The notes beneath the pieces were generated by a model. It was not told the DNA's origin and searched no databases. It saw only the letters and a program-made list of their open reading frames with translations. The translations under genes were made by a program, and so were the position numbers. Of a stretch of DNA of 64,000 nucleotides, positions 9,641-19,315 are shown one piece after another. Location: positions 186,001 to 250,000 of IMG/VR virus record IMGVR_UViG_3300034117_001582, one strand, 5' to 3'. The stretch's first letter is position 1. Each line of letters starts with the position of its first letter.

Positions 9641-12277
9641 TTATCCTATAATGTAATTTGTTTTTAAAAATTTAACCCAATTACTTTCATTTTGTGCGTT
9701 TTGTTGGTTTTGTTGGTTTATTAACTTTTCATCCTCTCGAGCTTTCTTAATAATTTCTTCAAACTCCTTATCACTCACAACTTTTTGTTTTGTAAAGTCT
9801 GATATTTCTTTTTCTTTATCTTTTAATTTTTCTTCTTTTAATTTTTTAGTTACTTCAGGAGATTTCATAAATTCTATTATTTTTTTTAAATCCTCCTCGT
9901 TAATTGGTTGTTCTACTTGTTCTTTTGTTTTTTCCTTTTTTTCTTGGTTTGCCTTTTTATATGATGAGGTTTGGTATTGTTCAGGTATTGGTATACCTGG
10001 TCTCCAACCATTAAGAATAGCAGTCTTTAATAAATTATTGTCGTTAACACTACCATCACTCATAAATTCATTTTTTACAATTCCCCAAGAATCTTTACCA
10101 AGTATCCGTTCAACTACCGATTTTGGTGTTTCAGAGATTTTATTAATTTCATCTATACCTGCGTTATAATCTTGACCTAAAGCGATATACCCACCTAAAG
10201 TCGCACCAGCCTTAACCAAAGGAATACCAACAGACTTAAGTCCTTTAGCTGAAAAATTTAAAGCGGCATTTGTATATTCGGCAATTGTTTTTTTACCAAA
10301 TTTTGCGTCACCTACCGACATAACTTTAGCTGCCCCTTCCTGAATCATTCTTTGTATTTTTGATCCATATTCAGCAATTACTTTTAATGCTGCTTGTATT
10401 TCAGGTTTTAACATTAGTTTAGTGTATGCCGCCAATTCTTTCATCGTCATCGTGGTAACACTTTTAACTAAAAAGTCTGGACAAGCCATTATAAATTTAA
10501 TCGCTTGTTTTACTCCTTCCCCACCTTCTCTAAATACGCCTTTTACTACTGACGAGTCTATTGCAAACGGTATAAAAGCAAATAAAACCGATAGTCCGGC
10601 CATTCTAGTATTACCTTCACTAAGATATATTCCAGCATCTAATAAATCTATGGCCGCACTTAATAACGCAGCCTCAGTTAATCCCAAACCCAGTGCTGCC
10701 GCTTCAGTCATACCAGCAAATCTCATGGCTAAACCAACGCCTTGTAATCCTGGTATTGCAATAGCAACTAAACTAGCCAACATTAAAATGTCGTGTATAT
10801 CCCAACTTTGCAACCAATCAACAAAATTATCACCCATTTTACCATATTCCCAAAAATCACCATGCCATGGTTTTTTAACTTCAGGTTTTAATGGTGCACT
10901 ATAACCAAATTGTAACTGTACCGCTTTAAATTCACCGATATATGTCTCGTAAGTGTTTAAATCGGAAAACTGTTGGGTCATATTTTGTCTTATCATATCC
11001 ATTTCCCAATCTATATCCTTATAACCCTCAATATTTGACGGTATGTCTATTTTTTCTGGTGTCGGTTCAAATCCTGATTCAAAATTAGGTAAATCTAAAT
11101 CTTGACCTGTGTATAATGGATCAACACGTAGAGCATCGGCCTCTCTACCCCTATTTATTGCTTTTTCTTTAGCAATTTCATTTCTTTTTATATTTTCATA
11201 ATACCGATATTTTTCCTTTTTTCTTTCATCAAATTTAAGATATTTGGCATAGTTTTCTTTTGTTATACCATTAGGGAATTCTACATGGTAATATTCCTTT
11301 TTTTTATCTACTAATTCTTTATCTTTTTTTTTGTTAATATTAGCAACTTCATTTGTGTATTGAGTATGTCTATTGGCGATTTGTTTAGATGACGTGTCAA
11401 TTAAATTTAAATAATATGGTCTTGTAGATTTAATAAAGTTATCCATTTCTTTATTTCCGGTGGCAACTCCACCACTACTAGGGCTTTTTAAAGTCGCGCC
11501 TAAAGCCCCCATTGGGTCATATTCCACATTGCTATTTCTTATCCCCGTACCTGATTGATAGGAATTTATTCGATTTGCAGCCTCTTCTTTCTCCGCTAAA
11601 TCTTTATTAGATTGGTTTATTTGTGCTTGTAACCTACCAATGTCTGAATCTCTATTTTTTTTTAAAAGATTAAGAGTCGCTTGGTATTTATTTGTTATGT
11701 TATTACACTCCGCCAAATAAATGGGATATTCTTCATCAGCAAACCCCTCTGGTGTTTTTCTTCTGTCGGTATCATAATTAAATATCGGTAACCCATCCTT
11801 ACCTTTAATATAAAACGGGTTATTTTTATAAAATTCGTCACCAGGAGCATTATCTTTAAACCATTTTTTCATATATTCAGAATGTTCTTTTTCTTGAACA
11901 TCGTAACAACCAAGATTACCATTATATCTTCCCCATACCTCACATGACGGAGAACCAACACTAGTAAAAACCTTCCCCTCATTAACAACAGGAGGATAAG
12001 ATTCTGGATAACCCTTTAAATTTATACTCTCCCACCAATAACTTTTATTTAATGGGTTTAATATTGAATTTGGATTATTTGTTAATTTTATTTTATCTAT
12101 TCTATTTTGTAGTTCACGTTTAGCACTATTTTTATAGTCTTCACCATATGCTAATGAAGATATAATCTTTTTTAATTCATCGTTACTTACTGATGTGAAT
12201 TGATTAGGGGTGTCTCCAGTAAAGTTTACAACTTCATTTAAAATATTTTCTAACATTATATGTTTTTTATTATTCAC
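9641..12277 (-). CDS. 878-aa protein with a hydrophobic pre-toxin-TG-like segment, putative ejection protein
   Basis: ILMLASLVAIAIPG...IDLLDAGIYLSEGNTRMAGLSVLFAFIP; coiled-coil regions. Confidence 0.55.
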   Translation of the reverse strand: MNNKKHIMLENILNEVVNFTGDTPNQFTSVSNDELKKIISSLAYGEDYKNSAKRELQNRIDKIKLTNNPNSILNPLNKSYWWESINLKGYPESYPPVVNEGKVFTSVGSPSCEVWGRYNGNLGCYDVQEKEHSEYMKKWFKDNAPGDEFYKNNPFYIKGKDGLPIFNYDTDRRKTPEGFADEEYPIYLAECNNITNKYQATLNLLKKNRDSDIGRLQAQINQSNKDLAEKEEAANRINSYQSGTGIRNSNVEYDPMGALGATLKSPSSGGVATGNKEMDNFIKSTRPYYLNLIDTSSKQIANRHTQYTNEVANINKKKDKELVDKKKEYYHVEFPNGITKENYAKYLKFDERKKEKYRYYENIKRNEIAKEKAINRGREADALRVDPLYTGQDLDLPNFESGFEPTPEKIDIPSNIEGYKDIDWEMDMIRQNMTQQFSDLNTYETYIGEFKAVQLQFGYSAPLKPEVKKPWHGDFWEYGKMGDNFVDWLQSWDIHDILMLASLVAIAIPGLQGVGLAMRFAGMTEAAALGLGLTEAALLSAAIDLLDAGIYLSEGNTRMAGLSVLFAFIPFAIDSSVVKGVFREGGEGVKQAIKFIMACPDFLVKSVTTMTMKELAAYTKLMLKPEIQAALKVIAEYGSKIQRMIQEGAAKVMSVGDAKFGKKTIAEYTNAALNFSAKGLKSVGIPLVKAGATLGGYIALGQDYNAGIDEINKISETPKSVVERILGKDSWGIVKNEFMSDGSVNDNNLLKTAILNGWRPGIPIPEQYQTSSYKKANQEKKEKTKEQVEQPINEEDLKKIIEFMKSPEVTKKLKEEKLKDKEKEISDFTKQKVVSDKEFEEIIKKAREDEKLINQQNQQNAQNESNWVKFLKTNYIIG

Positions 12278-13295
12278 CGATAAATAAATCGGGTTGGTTT
12301 ATTTTTTTCATGTAATCCCCACCTGTATTTGATTCAAAATAGTTAGAAACCTCAGAAGGTTTAACACCACCTTTAGGTAGTTTTTTAAAACTTTTATTGA
12401 ATTCATACAAATAGTGTATTTTTTTATTATATTCTTTGGATCCCTCAATTGACCCCCCCTTACTATAGTTAGATAAATCGGAATCTAATTTTGAAAAAAT
12501 AGTTTTAAATGTACCATTTTTAACCATATCATATGGTAGATATATTACCAATCCTTTGTATTTTTTATTTTGTAACTCAGATAATGTCGCAGCCTTAAAA
12601 ACTAATTGATTATCTTTTAATGTTTTTTCTAACATTTGTAATAAGTTTATTACATCTAAACTATTTTCGGCATATATGTATATTTTCCACCCACTATAAT
12701 TTTTATCTCCATTATTAAAATTATAAAAATCTAAACTATCTGAAATGTGACTACTGTATTCTAAAGCAAATCCAGTTAAATCGTAGTCATCCCATTGGTC
12801 TTTTATATTGCTATTATAATAGTCTAAAATAATTGAATATGCGTTTTTAAAATCTTCTTCGTATAATTTACCTATAAATTCAGTAATACTATATATTATT
12901 CCTGCATATTTAAATTTAGGTAGTTCAACATCTAACTTAAGTTTATCACCATATTCATTTATAAGTGTTAAATACTTGTCTGTTATTAATTTTTTATATT
13001 CATCACTTTGATAAAATGATGACATAATTTCATTATATGGTTCTAAATTTTTAAGTTTTGCGATTTTAAATAAAATACCCAACTCGGTTTCGGTTAAGAT
13101 TGGTGAATTAATTATCTCTTCTAATGTTTTACCAGTTTTGTTTATTAATTTAGTTATTTCTTCTTCAGTTACGTCATCTACGGTATTTGCAACATTCTCG
13201 TTATCCTCATTAATATGTTTTTTTACGCTAATTAATGGAATACCCATTAACCTTCTGTAATTATTTATTTCTAATAATAAATTATTTTCTTTCAT
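12270..13295 (-). CDS. Leader-bearing protein with a C-terminal RamC_N/HopA1/phosphothreonine-lyase-like domain
   Basis: GWKIYIYA...VFKAAT...KYKGLVIYLP echoes GWKIHVS...FK...GK.ITIY; leader LLLEINNYRRLMG...INED. Confidence 0.45.
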   Translation of the reverse strand: MKENNLLLEINNYRRLMGIPLISVKKHINEDNENVANTVDDVTEEEITKLINKTGKTLEEIINSPILTETELGILFKIAKLKNLEPYNEIMSSFYQSDEYKKLITDKYLTLINEYGDKLKLDVELPKFKYAGIIYSITEFIGKLYEEDFKNAYSIILDYYNSNIKDQWDDYDLTGFALEYSSHISDSLDFYNFNNGDKNYSGWKIYIYAENSLDVINLLQMLEKTLKDNQLVFKAATLSELQNKKYKGLVIYLPYDMVKNGTFKTIFSKLDSDLSNYSKGGSIEGSKEYNKKIHYLYEFNKSFKKLPKGGVKPSEVSNYFESNTGGDYMKKINQPDLFIGE

Positions 13296-13627
13296 ACCTT
13301 ATAATTATTACCTGTTGGCCCCATGGTTCTTCCTGATGCCCATTTTTCACCAGCTTTACCTAACATATTACCTTTACCTCTACCAGTTTTATCCTCTCTT
13401 TTAGCACTTGTTATTGGATTACCTGGTCCTCTTCCTACTCCCGAGTCCCATGGCGTAATACTTGCTCCTGTGTCTGATGAGGTGTCTGTAGGTGCATCAC
13501 CTTCTTCATTAACCTCTTCTTCATTAACCTCTTCTTCATCCAATTCCGTTTCATCAATTTCTGCAGCATCTTTAACTTCCATAAGGAATTTAATTCTTTT
13601 AATATTATCTAAAAATTTTTTACTCAT
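13292..13627 (-). CDS. Small acidic/Gly-rich leader-bearing protein
   Basis: MSKKFLDNIKRIKFLME; acidic tract; W-x-SG-x-x-RG/MG-x-x-N-like repeats; 4-nt overlaps with both neighbours. Confidence 0.7.
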   Translation of the reverse strand: MSKKFLDNIKRIKFLMEVKDAAEIDETELDEEEVNEEEVNEEGDAPTDTSSDTGASITPWDSGVGRGPGNPITSAKREDKTGRGKGNMLGKAGEKWASGRTMGPTGNNYKV

Positions 13628-15228
13628 GCTACTATTTCAAAATTGTTAAGTTGGTTAAAAGCGTTACCTCTGGTTTCACTAGTTCCTGTACCTCCAGCGT
13701 TTAAGTCAACAAAGTAATTTATCGCATCATCTTCATTTGTAAATTCAGGAAGTTGGTCAGCGGATTTACATTTTGTAAAAAATGAGACTGCCACTTCAGC
13801 AGCAATATCAACATCATTTACAACTTCAGGGTTACTTACCAATTCCCTACCAATACAAGTACCATACTTTTCGTAATTCCCTTTAAACGTTAACCCATTA
13901 AACCCTCTTCCTCTATATTTAAAACCTTCGGTTTTTGAATTTCCAAACATACCTCCGTAAACTCGATTAAAAAATTTTTCATCGTCTGATTTTAATTCAT
14001 TTAATTCAACATCGTCAGATGGTACTCTACTTTTAAAAATTTCCCGAATTCTAGAGTTATCTGTATTACCATACCCAGTTTCATTTTGAGGGATAAACCC
14101 CGACTCTTTACCTATGACGCAAAGAATACCGACTTGGGTGTATGGGTTAGTAATCCCTTTTTTATTCATATAATCTATCATTATTTGAGCGTTTCGTCTT
14201 GTTTCACCACCTAAACCAACAATTTCAACTTTACCGTTTAAAAGTGAAACAACATTAGAAATTACACCCATTTTTATTAAGAACATAGATAAGTCTTCAT
14301 CATCAAAACCTTTAATTTTTAAATTAAAAAACATTTCCTCTAATGTTTCAGAATCCGCAATCCCCGTTTCTGGTAAATTAACGGATTTTTGATAATTATA
14401 AATCGCTTCTTGAGTGTCTCTGTCAAACTTACCGGTAATCTCTAAATCATCTGATATTGATAAGAAGTTCAGTGCTAATTGTATTTGTTCAATATCGGGT
14501 TTAAAACTACCACTACTTCTTGAGTCGTAAACGTTACCTGATTTCCACATTTCTTGAAATCTCTCTAAAAATTCATATATAGTATCAAAATCGGTAACAT
14601 CTTCACCACTAATATCAACATTATCTTTTTCTATGAACGGTAAGTCTTCTATTTTTGGTTCTATATCAATTTCAAAATCAGAAACATTTTGAAATAACGC
14701 ACTATCAATTTCATTTTTTAAGTTATTAATTTTATCATTACTAAACCCTAAACCATAATCTATAGAATCATATGACCCTAAAACATCTGCACCATTTTTA
14801 GTAAATGTCTGATAAAATAATTTTGATTCATCTTCTAACTCTTTAAAATCTTCCTTTTCTTCACCACCATAAAAATAATCCTCATCAACAATACCTTTAA
14901 TGATGTTAATATTTGCCCTTGGAAATGTTTTATTTAATGCGTCAATTAAAAATGGTATGTTTTTTTTATTTTTAAATTTATCATTAACCCCAATAGACAC
15001 AAAAACATGGTCTACGTAAGGCATTGGGGATTGGTCTGTTAGTTGATTTAACAATTTATCTATTGTCATATCATCGTTTACTAAGTTTGGTAAACTGATA
15101 AAATCATCACTTTCTAAATAACCTATAAGGCGGTCACCTATTAATACAACCTTAACTGGCGACTCGATATCCTCCTTAAGGTTTGACAATCTTTTAAAGT
15201 TTTTTATTTCATGTAAAATAGTTTTCAT
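13624..15228 (-). CDS. GH19-family lytic glycosidase with a peptidoglycan-binding domain and a degenerate SGNH-like N-terminal domain
   Basis: PG-binding IQLALNFL...TGKFDRDTQEAIYNYQ...TGIAD; GH19 KESG...YRGRGFNGLTFKGNY...NPEVV...AAEVAVSFF; N-terminal IGDR...SIGVND. Confidence 0.8.
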   Translation of the reverse strand: MKTILHEIKNFKRLSNLKEDIESPVKVVLIGDRLIGYLESDDFISLPNLVNDDMTIDKLLNQLTDQSPMPYVDHVFVSIGVNDKFKNKKNIPFLIDALNKTFPRANINIIKGIVDEDYFYGGEEKEDFKELEDESKLFYQTFTKNGADVLGSYDSIDYGLGFSNDKINNLKNEIDSALFQNVSDFEIDIEPKIEDLPFIEKDNVDISGEDVTDFDTIYEFLERFQEMWKSGNVYDSRSSGSFKPDIEQIQLALNFLSISDDLEITGKFDRDTQEAIYNYQKSVNLPETGIADSETLEEMFFNLKIKGFDDEDLSMFLIKMGVISNVVSLLNGKVEIVGLGGETRRNAQIMIDYMNKKGITNPYTQVGILCVIGKESGFIPQNETGYGNTDNSRIREIFKSRVPSDDVELNELKSDDEKFFNRVYGGMFGNSKTEGFKYRGRGFNGLTFKGNYEKYGTCIGRELVSNPEVVNDVDIAAEVAVSFFTKCKSADQLPEFTNEDDAINYFVDLNAGGTGTSETRGNAFNQLNNFEIVA

Positions 15229-15533
15229 TTGTATTCTGCTTTTGGTATTTTTTTAGGATAAACAACATAATATTCATTTAAAAATGAAATTAAATTATCC
15301 TCATCGTTTATATAATCAACATCAACATCTTCTTCCCATTCATCCTCATCATCCATTAATGATTCAAAAATGTCAAAGTTTTTTGAGTTATCAAATCCAA
15401 ACTCCTCAAAAAAACTATATTCAATAAAGTCTTCTCTTACCATATCATCACCATCACCAATCATCTTAAACTCGACGATTATTAAGTTTTGTACCTTGTC
15501 AATATATTGTGATATGACTTCAACTACTTCCAT
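15225..15533 (-). CDS. Acidic hypothetical protein
   Basis: ORF with coupled overlaps to both neighbours. Confidence 0.65.
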   Translation of the reverse strand: MEVVEVISQYIDKVQNLIIVEFKMIGDGDDMVREDFIEYSFFEEFGFDNSKNFDIFESLMDDEDEWEEDVDVDYINDEDNLISFLNEYYVVYPKKIPKAEYK

Positions 15534-16024
15534 TAGTTATATTTGTTAAATCTCCTAAACATATCAAGTGATTTATTCACACTCTCTTCTATTTGGTCTT
15601 CTTCACCGTCCAATTTTTGTTCATCGTCTAATAAATCGTCAAATTCAATATCATCGTATAATTCTTCATCTTCATCCTCATAAACGTCAGAAGGGCCTTT
15701 TGATACAAAATCATAAGGTCTTTTACCAAAACCCATTTGTGTCATGGATTGTTGTGGACCATCAGATTCAAACTCATATGCCTGGTCAATTGAATCGTAA
15801 TTTCCTGGTTTTGCGGTAATCTCATTAACATTATGATTTCTATATGTCTTAACATTACCTAAATTATCTACGGTAACGCCTTCTTTATCTCCTGCCGCAT
15901 CATAAACCGTAAGTGGTGTCATATTTGATGACACATTACCAGTTGCATAACCATCATAAACGGTTGAATGTTGTTTTAAAATTGATTGTCTGTCCTCATC
16001 AGACATTGTTGAATATCCTCTCAT
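15533..16024 (-). CDS. Leader-bearing acidic hypothetical protein
   Basis: MSDEDRQSILKQH leader type; C-terminal IEESVNKSLDMFRRF. Confidence 0.7.
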   Translation of the reverse strand: MRGYSTMSDEDRQSILKQHSTVYDGYATGNVSSNMTPLTVYDAAGDKEGVTVDNLGNVKTYRNHNVNEITAKPGNYDSIDQAYEFESDGPQQSMTQMGFGKRPYDFVSKGPSDVYEDEDEELYDDIEFDDLLDDEQKLDGEEDQIEESVNKSLDMFRRFNKYN

Positions 16025-16707
16025 TCTATTTTTTTATTTATTGTTTTATGTGCTTCTTGCATCCAAAACTTCTTTGCGGTGTTTGATAACCTCTGCATTG
16101 AATTTTGTATATTAGATACACTTGTTTCTTTATTTTCATTTTCTAATAGTTTTAATGATGCTCTGATAAAGATGTCTCTTGTCTGTTGCGATCTTTCTAT
16201 TAGTTTATTTATAATTACTTTATCGCCTTTATTAAATTCAATATTATGTGATATTAATTTAATATAGTCTTTAATGTAGTCGGGACCGGCCAAAATAAAC
16301 TTACCACCTTCAGTGTACATGTTATGTGTACCTAACCTTTTTTCTAACTCTAAAAACTCGTAGATTTTATTTATTTCTCCCTTATCAAAAAGAGATAAGA
16401 ATTCACCAATTTTTACTAAATCATCAACATCCTTAATTTTGACTTCTTGTAATGATTCTACATCGTAATCAGTATCAATAATCCATGCATCCTCTTCGGG
16501 GATTAAAGATAACCTACTAAAAATATTGTTGTTTTCATCATACCACTCAACTCGGTATTGAACACCAATATCCCTACCTGTAAATTTTGGCACATTTTCT
16601 ATACTTATAACCTTTCCTTTTATTCCAGCACCTAAAGATTCACCATCCATATGAACCAAAACAATTCTATCGTCTTTTTTTAGTTCAGGATTTAATTTAT
16701 TTCTCAT
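16021..16707 (-). CDS. Hypothetical protein with an SH3/DUF4314-like N-terminal domain
   Basis: DRIVLVHMDGE...GIKGKVISI...YRVEW; TATTTAT at plus 16712-16718. Confidence 0.55.
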   Translation of the reverse strand: MRNKLNPELKKDDRIVLVHMDGESLGAGIKGKVISIENVPKFTGRDIGVQYRVEWYDENNNIFSRLSLIPEEDAWIIDTDYDVESLQEVKIKDVDDLVKIGEFLSLFDKGEINKIYEFLELEKRLGTHNMYTEGGKFILAGPDYIKDYIKLISHNIEFNKGDKVIINKLIERSQQTRDIFIRASLKLLENENKETSVSNIQNSMQRLSNTAKKFWMQEAHKTINKKIE

Positions 16708-16754
16708 ATTAATAAATATAATTATATTAATAATAACGCCAATAGATTATTAAT

Positions 16755-19214
16755 CTATTTTATAATCGTTAAGTTCCCTGAAAATTCTCTTTTACCATCA
16801 TCTTTAATCATACCAAATCTAACAACCCAAGTATATGTTCCATCAGGACATTTAATGTTATTATATGTTCCATCCCAAGTTGATTTAGAATCATTTGTTT
16901 CCCATATAGTTTCACCCCATCTGTTAAATATTTTCATATTAAAGTCATAAGGATTAAATCCTGATGTGAATACGGGAGCAAATGTCTGATTATGTTCATC
17001 ACCATCAGGGGTAAACGTATTAGGTATATATATCAAATCTTGTGGACAAAGTTCCAAAGTCACATTAAATGTTTGAGGGAGTGACACACAACCATTATCC
17101 CATCTTACAACATCAAAAGTAAATAAACCATCCTGATCCCAAGTTATATTAATAGTGGGGCCTTGTAATGTATCACCAAATACGTACCACTCATTATAAC
17201 CACCATTAGGTGATATCGCTTCATACATATCAACTATACTATCACCTTCACATATTTGGTGATATTCATAATTAACTCCATTTCTACCGTCAACAACAGG
17301 CGTTATTAATGGTCTTGGATATACTTGGACATTTATATTTGTGTCAAAAACACATCCTGATTGATTATAAACATAGGTAATATTATCAATACCGACAAAA
17401 CCATTATCAGGACAATATTCATTACCCCAAATATTATTACCAAATAAGATACCTCCAGGTGGTGTTGTAATAACATTAACACAACCATCATATTCACAAT
17501 AAGGTCCCATAGGTGTGATAACTGGTAGTACGTTTAAAACCACAATATTAAAGTTCTGAGGTAATGATTGGCAACCAAGTTGGTTTACACCAATCACTGA
17601 TAGCGCACCATTATAAAATCCACCATTAACCCCCGTTACATCCAAGTTTATTTGACCCGTACCTTGTCCTGAGGTGATATTTCCTATCGTGTTAGTCCAA
17701 ACATACCCTAAGTTAGGGAAAAGACTTGTAATCCCATAAGGATTGATTGTGGAGTTATAACAAACCGTGTCTAAACCTGTAATTTGGTTGATTGTAACCA
17801 TTGGTGGGTCAATTAATGTTGTTGTTCCTTGTGATGTACACCCATAAGTGTCAGTAACAATACAACTAATATTTCCCGAACATAAATTATTTGCGACTTG
17901 CGTTGTTTGTCCATTACTCCATAAGAACGTATATGGTGAAACCCCATCAATTGGATTAACTGCCGATTGACCATCACAATCCCCAAAACATGTTGGATTA
18001 ATATTTGCAAATTGTGGTGATTGTAATGGTGGCGGGTTATTTAATGTTACTGAAGAACTATAGGTACATCCAGCAGCATCAACTAAATTATATGTGTATA
18101 TACCTGAACATAAATTAGTTAAATTAAAATTATTACCTAAACCATTCCATGATATAGTCGTAACTCCATTCCCCCCATTTGGTGTGATGATTATATCTCC
18201 GTCACACCCATTATTACAATGTGGGTCATTTGCCACAACATTTGGTGGTGGTAAATTAGGTGGTCCAGGAGCCACAAATACGGTGTCAGGACCCAAATTT
18301 CCAATACCCACATTACACGTACTCCATCCCGCATTACAAATAGGATATACAAAATGACAAGTATAATTTGCTCCTGCCGGTGGAGGGGTTACAGTAATTG
18401 TCGGACCCGTACCAATTGGATTTGGGTTACCAACCTGATACCAAGTTAGGGTAGGGGTAACAGCAGGACCACTTGGTGTCCATCTATGTGAGTTGTTTTG
18501 AGTTGACCATTGAGAAGAGTTTCTTCCCGGAACTGCAATACCAATAGTTCCTGGTTGGTTATGAATCCCTTGAACTGCCGTCCCAAGAGCCCAATTAGGG
18601 CAATTTGGTTTGTTCTGTATGTGGTTTTCAATTACATTTGTTGATTCATATATGACAATATGAAAATTACCTTGTAAATTAGTACACAAGTACATAGGAA
18701 CGTTAATCCAGCTAACGGTTAATTTTCGACAAGGAGCAACTCCCGATACTTGATATCTGATTTGTCCTCCGATTCCAGGGTGCCAGTCTTGCCAAGGACC
18801 CATAATACAATTCTTTGGAACATTTAAACCACCATTAGGAATTGCAACAGAAGCAAAGGTTGCTGGTTGGCCACCTGAAAAACCAATCCATCCATTAGAT
18901 CCAATGTAGAACTGTGTGTATGTATTTCCAAAAAAACAAAAGGTAAACCCTATGTTTTGTGGTTGAGATATTGCATCATCACCTAAAAAGACTTGCGTTC
19001 CTGTGTTGGTTTGTGCAACATAAGGAATGTTAGTTACACCATAGTTTGTGGTTTGATTAGGATTTGCACCACCTGGACCACACTGACTTAAGTCCGCCGT
19101 TAAAGTGGTCGAGTTAACACCACAAGGTAATAATTGGTCAGGACCAAGATATGGGCAATATTGTGAATAACTATAAAAAGTTAAAAAAATAAAAAGGTAT
19201 TTAAGTAGTTTCAT
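16755..19214 (-). CDS. SprB-like adhesin with gliding-motility-associated C-terminal domain (T9SS type-B sorting signal)
   Basis: Signal peptide ending YSYSQ; SprB-like repeats (C.G.CDG...GG.SPYTFLWSNG.TTQ...NLC.G); C-terminal IYIPNTFTPDGDEHNQTF...IFNRWGETIWET...WDGTYN...DGTY. Confidence 0.9.
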   Translation of the reverse strand: MKLLKYLFIFLTFYSYSQYCPYLGPDQLLPCGVNSTTLTADLSQCGPGGANPNQTTNYGVTNIPYVAQTNTGTQVFLGDDAISQPQNIGFTFCFFGNTYTQFYIGSNGWIGFSGGQPATFASVAIPNGGLNVPKNCIMGPWQDWHPGIGGQIRYQVSGVAPCRKLTVSWINVPMYLCTNLQGNFHIVIYESTNVIENHIQNKPNCPNWALGTAVQGIHNQPGTIGIAVPGRNSSQWSTQNNSHRWTPSGPAVTPTLTWYQVGNPNPIGTGPTITVTPPPAGANYTCHFVYPICNAGWSTCNVGIGNLGPDTVFVAPGPPNLPPPNVVANDPHCNNGCDGDIIITPNGGNGVTTISWNGLGNNFNLTNLCSGIYTYNLVDAAGCTYSSSVTLNNPPPLQSPQFANINPTCFGDCDGQSAVNPIDGVSPYTFLWSNGQTTQVANNLCSGNISCIVTDTYGCTSQGTTTLIDPPMVTINQITGLDTVCYNSTINPYGITSLFPNLGYVWTNTIGNITSGQGTGQINLDVTGVNGGFYNGALSVIGVNQLGCQSLPQNFNIVVLNVLPVITPMGPYCEYDGCVNVITTPPGGILFGNNIWGNEYCPDNGFVGIDNITYVYNQSGCVFDTNINVQVYPRPLITPVVDGRNGVNYEYHQICEGDSIVDMYEAISPNGGYNEWYVFGDTLQGPTINITWDQDGLFTFDVVRWDNGCVSLPQTFNVTLELCPQDLIYIPNTFTPDGDEHNQTFAPVFTSGFNPYDFNMKIFNRWGETIWETNDSKSTWDGTYNNIKCPDGTYTWVVRFGMIKDDGKREFSGNLTIIK

Positions 19215-19315
19215 GTTTTAATTATAAATACCAAAACTATACATTATAAACTTTGATAAATCAATATGACTTATCATTTATGTACATCTTTTGAATATTA
19301 ACGATATTTATTTGT

